Assembly: GCA_977017645.1 (NCBI GenBank)
Contig: OZ360246.1
Span: 27,590,001 to 27,654,000 of the forward strand
Source: Torpedo marmorata
Taxonomy: Eukaryota
Direction of reading: 5' to 3'
DNA: 64,000 bases
The translations under genes were made by a program, and so were the position numbers. Within the stretch, counting starts at the first letter, position 1. Every line of letters starts with the position of its first letter. The notes beneath the pieces are model-generated. The model searched no databases. It was not told the origin of the DNA and worked only from the letters and a program-made list of their open reading frames with translations. Below are positions 11,448 through 23,000 of the stretch, piece by piece.

Positions 11448-12716
11448 GTAAGTGCCTTGTTGCAATGCTCATTCACATCTAACAAATTACTAACAACTGG
11501 CAGCAAAAAGAATTTTTTTCCAATTGTTAATTTTAATTTTTCCCCTTCAAAATATTCCTTCAGTACATTTCATGTTCTGATAAAAACAAATGATGTTTAG
11601 TACATAGCAATGCACATGCTGATCTTGTTAGTTTTCAATTTTGTATTGTACCTTAAAAAAGCTATAGTGAAAAAATGCATTTTAATCGAAGTATTCAGGT
11701 ATAATCTTTTTAAAAACTGTTTAGTTCCATAACAGGATTATGTTTGCTTCTTTGGCCTGTTTAAATAATAAAATGCTTAAAAGGATTGATGTTTCCTTGT
11801 AATGTCACCTTCAAAATGGCTTATTTTATAATATTTTTCTCCATGTTTTTCACCTTGTTGAAAAAGATCAGATATTAAGTAGTTCAATGTGTTGGGTGCA
11901 AGGCCTTCATTGGGTCTCACTTCTAATAAAGATTCTCACCTGAACCATTGAACTGACTTTACTCTTTCAGATGCTGATTGATCTTGTGTTCATTTAGAAC
12001 TATGCTGAATTTTGGTACCAAAGAGTAATCCAATTCTTTCTAGAAAGATGAACTTTTGCAACTTGAAGTTGCTTAGCATTAAACTACTGCATTTTTTTTT
12101 GAACTGGGTATGTGAAGCTGAACAATAATAATGGCTGTAAAGGGCCACAAATCTGTGTTAGTTAATTTTGGACGACCATGGTCTTGGTTTTCCACAAATT
12201 TTGAAACTGGCTGCTGGAGCAACAGTAATGTAATTACTCATAAAAAACACATTGAATCAAATAGATGGCATGTTCACATCCTATTTGAATTATATTTATA
12301 AACAGCTAATTTCTTAAGGGTATAAAATGATGTGAAAATAGTAAGATGATACATTACATCCTCTATAAAGCATTCTTTTTATCTTCAACTCTTCCTTCAA
12401 TTTGTGATTCACGATATCATTCTCTGATACACAACTTCTCCAATAAAATTTTATTACAGGTTCCTTACTCGTAAATAAGCTGCATAAAACATCCTTCACA
12501 ATAATATTCATTGAAATAAGTCAGTTAGTCCACTCTACTTATTGCTCTTTTACAGGAAAATTATATCAAATACCACCCTAACTTGGCCCTTCTCATAAAA
12601 CACATTTGGGTGGATCTCCAAACTGTGCTCTAGAAAGATTCTCCTATACATCTTTCAGTTACTTGCCATTCCTGTTCAGGGAACTAGCTGACTTCTTTCT
12701 TTACCTCCTGGGACAG

Positions 12717-12830
12717 ATTGTGTTGGATCGTCAGAAAGGAATGGCTCTGGTGTTGTACGATGAAATTGAATGCGCACAGACAGCGGTGCAGGAGACCAAG
12801 GGCAGGAAGATTGGAGGAAATAGAATAAAG
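12717..12830 (+). CDS. SPEN: SPEN exon, RRM4
   Basis: gacag|ATTGTG...ATAAAG|gttagt; IVLDRQKGMALVLYDEIECAQTAVQETKGRKIGGNRIK. Confidence 0.96.
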
Positions 12831-13348
12831 GTTAGTATAAGAGAGTTCATGGGGGTTCTAACACTGCGCTTCTTATTCTCTTCATTCTTATAAATCCTCT
12901 CTTTTTCTCCGTCTTTCAGCACAGGTAGATATTTATAGGAATGTTCCCTATCTTCTCACACACTCACACACACACAAAGCTTCCCAACCCTTCCTCGGTT
13001 TTTTGGAATTGCATGAGATGTTAATGTTTTATATACAAAACCAGAGCATGAAATAATATCAACATTGAAGGGGATTATTTGCTTTAAATCTTAAGAAAAA
13101 AAAACTAGAAAGTTAAAGTGGTATTTTGCACACTATTGGCATTCTGCAGTTCAAAGTGGTATTGTGGTTGGCAAGCAAATTGGAAAATCAGTTTAATGCT
13201 TGCAAGAACCAGAAGCATATAAAACTATACTATTTGCTGCCAGTTCAACTTTGCAGTTGAATATTCAGCCATTTTTTGTATGTTTTTTTTTTTTTACTAA
13301 CTATTGTCTCAGATTCTAATGCCTAACAGTGAGATTTATTCCATGTAG

Positions 13349-13449
13349 GTGGATTTTGCAAATCGTGAGAGTCAGTTGGCGTTTTATCGTTCAATGGAAG
13401 TGTCTGGACAAGACATCAGAGATCTCTATGAAATCTTTGCTGAGAGAAG
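13349..13449 (+). CDS. SPEN: SPEN exon, end of RRM4, followed by a GC donor
   Basis: tgtag|GTGGAT...AGAAG|gcaagt; VDFANRESQLAFYRSMEVSGQDIRDLYEIFAER; phase-2 join to 17021. Confidence 0.93.
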
Positions 13450-14081
13450 GCAAGTGAATCTTTTTTTTAAAAAAAAAAAAAAAAAAAAAAGTTTGTTAAA
13501 GCTCTTGAAATGATAAACTATAGTGTGAAAGACATTTGATTTATTACATTGACCAACTGTACCCGTGCACACCAGTAATGATTGAGATCCACTCAAAAGC
13601 AGTTTCTTTTTAACGCAGTGCACTGGAGGAAGTGTTGTCTTAACCATTAGATTCTGCTTTTCACATATTCATCATAATCCAAGGACTGTTGTAATCAGAT
13701 ATAATTATCTCTTTCCTAATTTAGATATTGCACTCAGAGGTTAAAGATTTTAATTCATTTTCTTGTGATCAACTTGTTATTCAGTTTTAATTAGGGATAC
13801 TACACCAACTCAAGATCAGTTTTTTAAAAAAATCAAATTTTGTAATGTCCAAATTCGAAATATCGTTTTAGTATTATTGGGAATGTTTAGGCAACTGTTT
13901 AATCGTGACATGAATAAATAAAATGCACATTTTGAAAAGAAGGCAAAGTAAGTTTTAAACGATCATTCCAGCGATTTGATGAAAATTATCAGAAGTTAGT
14001 CAATGAAGGCACGTGAATCTTAACCAACAGCAGAAAAAAAAAAATGATTAAATAGTAAGATACTTTCAAATGATCAGTTTA

Positions 14082-15785
14082 GGGCAGCACATATACAGCT
14101 CGTAGACCATTCCTCTCAGCTCCACCAATCAGGGTTCATTCTTTTTTTTATTTTTAAAATATTTTATTTAAAATTTTTAATCACATGATAATACATGTTT
14201 ATAAATTTCAGAAATATCAAAATACATGTGATATATTTTCACCCTTCCCCCTCCCTAACCCACCCACCCCCTCTACTCTACTAAAAAAAGAAAGAAAAAA
14301 AGAATAGAGTGTGGAGAATGTCATTCTAAAATAAACAACTATAGATTAATTTTATTGCGGAACACAGGTTCACCAGTCAGACCCGATATCAAGAGATCTT
14401 CAAATCCTTAAACTCACAGTTTTTATATATGGCTTCAAAAAGAAATGATATTTATTACGTAAATTATGTAATTTTTTTCAAGTGGTATGCATGAACGAAG
14501 TTCTGCATGCCATCTTTCTAACCCTAAATCTACATCAGATTTCCATGTAATAGCAATGCATTTCTTTGAAACAGCTAAAGCAATTTGCAAAAATTCTATT
14601 TGGTACATATTTAATCTCATTTTAATACTAATTCTTTTAATATCTCCAAACAAAAATATCATAGGATCCATTGGGAGTATAATTCTCAATACTTTATCTA
14701 AAAAAAATTTCTTTCAACCAAAAATCATATATCTTTGAACAAAGCCACGTAGAATGTACAAAAGAACCTTCCTCTTTATTACATCTAAAACATAAACCTG
14801 ATAATGTCAGATTAAATTTCTTTAGTTTCTTAGGAGTTAAATATAACTGATGCAAAAAGTTATAGTGCACTAACCTATATCTAACATTTATAATCTTCGT
14901 CATACTTTGTTTACATATTTCTTTCCAATGTTCCTCATCTATTATTACATTCAGATCTAATTCCCATTTTCTTCTTGATTTATGAATTCCTGGTTTTGGC
15001 ATTTTTTTCTGTAACAATCTATACATTTGAGAAATAAATTTATTTATACCCCCATTAATAACTAATAGCTCCAATTCACTTTGTTTTGGTAAGATTAAAC
15101 TATGCCCTAACTTTTCAACCAAAAATGCTCTTATTTGATAATAAGCAAAGAAACTTCTCTTTCATTCTTTGAAAAGTGATAAATTTACCAGCTTCAAAAC
15201 CGTCATTTACTTTTTTAATCCCTTTTTGAAACCAAATTTTAAACAATTGATTATCAATAGTAAATGGGATAAGTTATTTTGATATAAAGGCAATTTACAA
15301 GAAATTAACCCTTTCCCTCCTATCTCCCTATCCAGTTTATTCCATATTTCTAACAAATGCCTTAAAATAGGAGAGTTTTTACCTCCTCTTAATAATAATT
15401 TAGAATTCCATTTATAAATAACCTCTTCTTTCAAATCTTCTCCTATATTATTTAGTTCTATTCTAATCCAAGCAGAAGATTTTCCTAAATCAAACATTTC
15501 ATTAATAAATTTTAATTGTCAGGGTTCATTCTTGACCTCAGATAGTCTATTGGAGTTTGCATGTTCTCCCTGTGAAGGTGGATTTCCTCCACCGTCCATC
15601 CATTTCTCAGATATGCAGGTCAGTAGAAAAATTGGCATCTGTAAATTATCCGAAGCATGTACCGGTAATTGAATTGTAGTATTTTGGGGGAGTTGTTAGC
15701 AATGTGGAGCATTAAATGGGTGCTCGATGGTTGTCATGGACTCAGTCGGCTGAATGTCTGGTCCACGCTCTACAACTATGATTTG
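14082..15785 (+). mobile_element. Old V-SINE split by an L1 insertion (parts 14082-14143 and 15519-15785)
   Basis: Head GGGCAGCAC... up to the B box, resuming after the L1 with V-domain GGAGTTTGCATGTTCTCCC. Confidence 0.7.
14144..15518 (-). mobile_element. 5'-truncated L1/Tx1-clade LINE (ORF2 C-terminus plus 3' UTR)
   Basis: ORF 14694..15122 has RYRLVHYNFLHQLYLTP and the CFRC...HSTWLC zinc knuckle; poly(A) at the left end; 15-bp TSD TCAGGGTTCATTCTT at 14129-14143 and 15519-15533. Confidence 0.88.
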
Positions 15786-16284
15786 TTGATTAATTATTTC
15801 TGCACCCTTGACTAGTCAGCAAAGATTGATTGATTGCAACTCCAGATATCAGTCCATTTTCTGTGGAGCATTTGGTAATTGCCTTGTTCGAATCTTAGTT
15901 TTTCAAGGGTGGTCCACTGTTTTTATTGTTTTTGAGAAACCTTGTTATGTACATGAAACGTTCTGATGTAAATAGGTAGTGTCCCATATGTTTTCTGTCT
16001 TGTGTCGTAAACAGTCTTAAAACATCACCATTGAGCTGCTTTGCTTTTCCCAAATTAAAAAGATTATCTTTTTTGTTTTGCTGCCTCTGCTACATGGGAT
16101 AGATCAGACAAAATCCTTGCTTTATTTCCCCACACTATGCAAGTACTTTAGGAACAACCAAATCTGTGCTAACTTCTGTTTCAGCAATGTTTTTCAATAC
16201 ATGGAAACTTACCAATTCTTGAGCAAATATCACCACCAACCCAATGCTGCCCTTTCATATTCTTTTTCGTTTATTTCCATATGA

Positions 16285-16545
16285 TATAGAAGAAGGCATT
16301 TGACCCATCGATTGGTGCCGGGTTTCAGAGCAATTCTATCAGTCCCATTCTATTTTTTTTCCTTAAAAATATTCTCTCTCACATGCCCATTAACTCTGAT
16401 CTGATTCTCCTGCCTCCCATCTGCAATACAGGTAATTTTGACTGGTCAGTTACCAGCACATTTTTGGGATGTGCAAGGAAACCGGTGGACCTTGGGGAAT
16501 CCCACATGATCATAGGGAGAGCTTGCAAACTGCACAAAGTTAGCA
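16285..16545 (-). mobile_element. Degenerate V-SINE-like element
   Basis: GGAAACCGG...CCCACATGATCATAGGGAGAGCTTGCAAACT matches the V-domain reverse complement. Confidence 0.55.
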
Positions 16546-17020
16546 CTGTAGACAGTTTATTTTCCTCACAGACTTCTGTTGAGAAATGTACCCTCAGTGA
16601 AATTAACATCCTTCTCACCGAACAAGATATTTTGTAACAAATTAACTTAAACAGCAGAATTCAGGATCAAACTTATTCAGTTTGCAGGCTTATGTACAAG
16701 AAGGTTGGCTTCCAGGCAGACATTATACTTGTAACAATTTGCAAAATAAAACAGATTTCAAGGTGTTGAGGTAGAAAACTTCAATAGAAGAAATCTTCAT
16801 ACTGGGCCATCACTGAGTGTACGCCTATCGGCAGAAGTTTGTGGGAAAAAATTGTGTATAGTTCTCCATTTGAAAGCAAGTAGCTAATGAAACCAAGATC
16901 AAATCTGGAACACATTATTTTGGTATCAGCCTATTTACAGATAGAAAATTATTTTTATGCTGCCATTGATATGTTTAAAATATTGACATTTGAATTGATG
17001 TTCATTTCTTTAATTAACAG

Positions 17021-20000
17021 GGAGGACCGGAGAGGATCATATCATGAATATCCTACAGATCGAGCATACTTTGAGGCAGTTAGGGGCCCAACTGCCGTAT
17101 TCCCTGAAGACCCTCGTAGAGACTATCGTGCAAGAAGTAGAGATTTTTATGCCGAATGGGATCCCTACCAGGGTGACTATTATGATCCTCGCTATTATGA
17201 AGATCCACGAGAATATCGTGACTACAGAGATCCCTATGAACAGGACATAAGGGAATATAGTTACAGACAGCGAGAAAGGGAAAGAGAGAGAGAACGTTAT
17301 GAATCTGACAGAGAACGAGACCATGAAAGGCGAACTTGTGAACGAAGCCAAAGCCCAACACATTCAAGAAGAGCCCAGAGTTGCAGTGCATCACCAACAC
17401 AATCTGAGAGGCATCAGAGTGACGGCGTGGAGTCTGAACGCCGAATATATAGTCGGTCTTCAGATCGTAGTGGTAGTTGTAGCTCACTATCTCCTCCTCG
17501 ATATGATAAAGTTGATAAGCCTGACAAAATCCGACCAGATCGTTATGATAAAAATGAAAAAGAAAAAGATCGACTGTTTGAACCTGAAAGAGTCGATAAA
17601 CGAACTCAAAGAAAAGAAAAAGTTGAGAAATTGGAAAGAGCAAAAAAGATTGAAAAATCTGAAATGGAGAAAACAGATAAGAAGGAGAAAACTGAGAAGC
17701 TCAAACTACGCAAGGTGAAACCTCCAACTCCAAGTTCCCCATCTTCTGAAACAGACCAGGAAGTAGATAGGGATCTAAATCTTGATGGACAAAAGGGTAA
17801 AATAAAACAAGGGAAAGAAAAAGCAGAGAAAGATGGGGCTTCAAAAAATCGTTTGGATTTAATTCCATGTGTAATATTAACTCGTGTGAAGGAGAGAGAG
17901 ACAAAAGTGATTGAACCCTTGATGTTAGAGAAATGTAGAGGAAAACCAGAAAATGATGTTGTCAAGTCTCCTCCTGTAGAACAAAATAAAGTACAGTTAA
18001 CACGACTTGATCAAACAAAAACAGAGCTGTCAAAATTGGAGCCTACTAGGCCAAAATTGTTAAAAGAGAAACTGCTTGCCAGCCAAATTGAAATTGTGGA
18101 TAATGATGCGAAAGTTAAGCACAAAAAGAACCTCAAATCCGAACTGTGCACTGATATACCAAATGCAATGGATATCGACAAACTGGAAGCTCGGAAGAGA
18201 CGTTTTGCAGATCCAACTTTAAGAACAGACAGGCAGAAGTTAGAGGTTAAACGAAGCAGTCAAGAGGAAGAGGAACTACGTCTAGGCCTAAAAAAACAAC
18301 CTGAGTTGGCTCCCTGGAGAGAAGTGGGTAAAGAAGGAGATTTGGACCGAAGAGCAGTGCGGAAAGAATTATTCAAACGAGAGCACAGAAAAATTAAGCA
18401 GGAAAAATTGCTTCCGGCATTCAGCCCCAGAGAAGGGCAGGACTCTGCCACTGTTTCTGTCGGGCTTGGTTTGCGACCCAATGTGGATATTCAGTCTCGA
18501 TTAAGTGAGGCATCTGAAGAATTGGTGGATGTTCAAGAAATTGGATTGAAGAAAGTAAACACACCAAAAACTCAGACTAAGGGAATTCTTCAGCAACTCC
18601 CTCCACATCTTGATGAGATGTCTGGAGAAGGGGAAATTAAAAGAGAAGAACGGAAGAGAAAATATAGTGGCGCTGAAGACACGAATGATCACAAATCCAC
18701 CCATGAGAAATTGCAGGTCGCTGATACAGAAGAGAAGCTTGGGATTGATATTGATTACACTCAGAGTTATAGGAAACAAATGGAGCAGAACCGCAGGCTT
18801 AAGCAGCAACAGGAAATGGAGATGGCAAAATCTGAAAAATTCAACAGCCCCAGAAAAGAAAATGCAGATGAATTTGAGAGAAGAAGTTTGGTCCATGAAG
18901 TGGGGAAGCCACCACAGGATGTCACAGATGATTCTCCCCCAGTTAAACGGAGAAAAACTGACCAGTTTGATTTTGAAATTAGCATGAAACGAGAGAGAAA
19001 TTACAGGAGTTCTCGTCAGCAAAGCGAGGATTCTGAAAAAACTCCCCTTTCTCCTGGATTTCGACATATTCTGTCTTATCAGGATGAGGATGATAACTCT
19101 GACTCTCCACATCAGACATTGCTACCAAAAGAACCTAAAGTTTCTCCAAAATTAGACTCTACGATTCAAGTTCCTGTTAGAGAAGAATCTTTAAAATGCA
19201 ATGCTAATGAATCAAGTAAACGAGAACAAATATTGGACTTGTCTAGAATTAAAATAACAACTCAGAGCTCTGAAGAGGAGACACCTCGATGGGAAATGCA
19301 CTTGAAACTAGATGCAAGTAGACCTGATGTTAGCTTTCCTAGTAGCATTATAAAACGAGATGGAATTCGCAAGCGTTCTGTGCGTGAGCTAGAACCAGGT
19401 GAAGTTCCGAGTGATTCTGATGAGGATAATGAACATAAATCTCATTCACCAAAAGCTTCAACTTCTTTTGAAAGTTCTAGATTACCTTTGTTTCTACGAA
19501 ATAGGGAGGATAGGATATCAGACTTAAAGCTATCAAGTTCTCTAGAAAGAAATAAATTCTACTCCTTTGCTCTTGATAAGACGATTACCCCTGATACTAA
19601 AGCTTTACTTGAAAGGGCAAAGTCTCTGTCTTCATCCCGAGAAGAAAATTGGTCATTTCTGGATCGAGATTCAAGGTTTGCCAACTTTAGGAAAGATAAA
19701 GATAAAGAAAAGGTAGAATCAGCGCCGAGGCCAATCCCCTCATGGTACATGAAAAAGAAAAAAATTAGAACAGATTCTGAAGGTAAAATGGACGAAAAGA
19801 AAGAAGACCATAAGGAAGATGAGCAGGAGAGGCAAGAACTATTTGCTTCTCGTTTCCTGCATAGTTCAATTTTTGAGCAGGATTCAAAACGCCTACAGCA
19901 CCTTGAAAGAAAAGAAGATGATTTGGATGTAATTTCTGGTAAATTATTTGGAAGGCAAGGATCTTTAGATGGCTCTAATAACACCCTAGAATTGATACAA

Positions 20001-23000
20001 GAACCTGTAGTCTTATTTCACAGTCGGTTCATTGAATTGACACGAATGCAACAAAAGGAAAAGGAAAAGGATCAGAAACCAAAGGAACTTGAGCGACGTG
20101 AAATTGAAAAAGAAGTTCAGCCTAAAACACTAGAATCTCTCCCCGAATCAGAGGTTAAGAATGCCATCCCTCTTTTTAGGACTCTTATACCACAGCCACC
20201 ACCACCATCAGTTGCTCCCCAGGTAGTTTCCCTTGAACCGCAAGAAGCTGTTCAGAATAAAGTAGTGAACGAAGCCTCAGTGGTAGAAAATGTAACTTCC
20301 AGCTCGGGGGAGAATCGTGCAGAATTTGCCTCTGCAACTGATGCCATGAAACCTGCTGTTGTTAGTGTGAGCCCTTGTGAAGAAGTAGAACCTATTGTAA
20401 ACAAGCAGTTAGATGCAAATGTTACTTCAGATGACATGGCTACTGAGGAGGAGATATCAGTTGGAGAACATCCCTCTTACTTGAATACTAAACCACCAAC
20501 TCCAGGTGGGACTGACTTGCAAGAAAACTGCACAAATCCGGAAACTGAGGTGCAAGAGCTTGTTGCAGATTCCTCCAAAATTAACAAAAAAGAAGTTGCA
20601 TTAGATGACCACAGAGGAGATAAAAATCCTTCCAACGCTGTTCAGTTGGATGTCAACCAGCAAGAAGAACATGTGGAGATACAGTCACAGATTTCAGATA
20701 ATGAAGTAGATACAGAACCTTCTGTAGGTGTAAAAGAGAAAAGGTCTTCTCAAACCAAAAGAACAAAGACTTCACTTCAGACAGTCATGGCAACCATCCC
20801 AGAAAAACCTGTCACTAGAAAAAGTGAGAGGATAGACCGAGAAAAGCTGAAGAGGTCATCATCACCCCGCGTTGACACTCAGAAACTTCAGGAGCAGAAA
20901 TCGGAGATAGAAAGAGTCTCAAAAAACACAGCAAAGTCTCCAAGTTCTGCCACAGAGTCTGAAGCTGTGGAGCCAAGCTTGCCTTTAGGTAGAACAAGAC
21001 GTAGAAATGTGCGATCGGTTTATGCAACAATTGACGATGGCCCAAATCTAACAAAAGACTTGGCTGATACATTACGATCAACCAGGAAAAGAGGTGATAA
21101 AGAAATTCATGAACCATCAAATGTACAAACTCCACCACGACGGGGAAGGCCTCCAAAATCCCGCCGTAGACTAGGAGAAGAAATCCCGTGTTTTAAAGCT
21201 GACCAAGTAAAACAAGAAGTTGAAGAAACAGAAACTAAAGACAATGTTGAAAGCACCAAACCTGTAGAAGGATGGAAATCACCAAGATCACAGAAAGCTG
21301 CACAGATTCATTCTTCACCTGCTTCAGCTGCTTTTAGCAGCCACATAGGAAAGAAAGGCATTAAATCAGAATCAAGAACATCTGAGATTTGTGTTGACCA
21401 TAGAGATGATGTTGCAGAGCCCTTGCCTGAGCAAAGTTCAAATGAAAACACCGTCAAAACTTTGCCAGATGAAAATGAGATGCTAAGTGACCAAAAAACA
21501 GATAAAAATGATGTTGTATTAGAGAAATGTTCTTCAGATAAAATTCCTGTTGAATTTGTAGATAAAAGAGTTTTGGAAAAAAGCTCAAAGTCAAAGTGTG
21601 GAAGAGGAAGGAATTCAAAGGCCAATGAAGACAAAATGTGTCTACGAAATTTGGAAATAAGACTTAGTACTGAAGAGTTAAAAGTTGTTAAAGGTGATGT
21701 AGAGGTGACTGGGACAGTGAAGAAAGACTCTGTGAAAAATGACAATCAGTCACCCAAGCTAATTAAAGAAGAAACAACTGATCCATTTTCAGAACCACCA
21801 AAATCACCAGAAAAAGAAACTCCAAAAATTGAGTGTTCACCAGAAGCTGTGCAACGGGCTAAGCAGATAGAACTTGAAAGAGCAGTGGAGAACATTGCAA
21901 AATTAACAGAAATCCCAACTGTACATCCTTACAAAGAGACTACAAATGATCCCGATGTCAGACCAGAGGAAGAAGTAGAAAAGCCTGCTCATCAGGCTAG
22001 TGAAACTGAGCTCGCAGCTGCCATTGATTCCATTATTGCAGATGAATCTGCAGAACCTGACAGCTTCTCATCTGCTCCAAGATATTCTGCTGAACAAACT
22101 GAGGCAGGTATCTCTGAAGATCAGATGGTACTCCCTACACCCCCTGATACATTACAGCCTGAAACTGATCAGGCAATTGTAAATATATTGGAGTCTAACA
22201 ATGATAGTGGTGCCTCAGGTCGGTTGTTGGCAAAAGCACCACCTTCAAGTCGTTTGATATCAAAGGTCCCAACTTCAGATCGTAGCATTTCTAAAGCCTC
22301 ACCCTCAGGCCTTTCCGTTTCTAAATCTCCAGCATCAGCAGATACTATGACTACAGAAGTTCCCTCCTCAGTGGAAAAAATAGTTTCTGAAGTTCCCTCT
22401 TCAACAGAGAGCATGATTTCTAAAGTTCCTACCTCAACAAATAGTGTAGTGACTGAAGCTTCTGTAGTAGTAGATCCCACCTTAGCAGACAGTGTAATTT
22501 CTAATGCTTCAGCTTCATTAGAAACTGTGATTTCTAAAGTTCCTGTCTCAGAGGAGAGCATATTATCTAAAGGCACCATTACAGAAGAGAGTGTGATATC
22601 TAAAGCACCTGTCTCTGTGGAGAGTGTGATATCTAAAGCTCCTGCCTCAGTGGACAGTGTGATTTCCAAAGCTCCAACCTCTGAGAATGTGATTTCTGAA
22701 ACTCCCATTGGAATAGTCAGTGTTGTTTCTCCAGTTATGTCTTCAGACAGTTTGGCTTCTAAAACCTCAACTGTGGACGATCAGTCAGCAGTTTCAATTG
22801 GTCCTGTTTCTAGATCTGCTTTATTGACTACTTTAGCTGAGGCAAAAGATGCTGACACATGCCTCCAGCAGTCTGAAAATATCTCCCAGAACACAGAGAA
22901 CCTTCCAAAACCAGAACCCGTTGAAGTCCCACGAACTCCAAGTCGAAGAGGACGCTCTAAACCTAGAATATCAAGACGTAATAGGCGGGGAAGCACCGGC

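Noticed and set aside
16887-17020. ATG and first 45 codons of the 2939-aa ORF as a protein start
   Set aside because: This is intronic read-through; SPEN homology starts at the AG acceptor at 17020/17021. Likewise 25620-25706 lies past the donor.
22219-22770. CRISPR-like array (also considered for 51575-51653)
   Set aside because: These are head-to-tail tandem repeats without unique spacers in a vertebrate locus with no cas genes.
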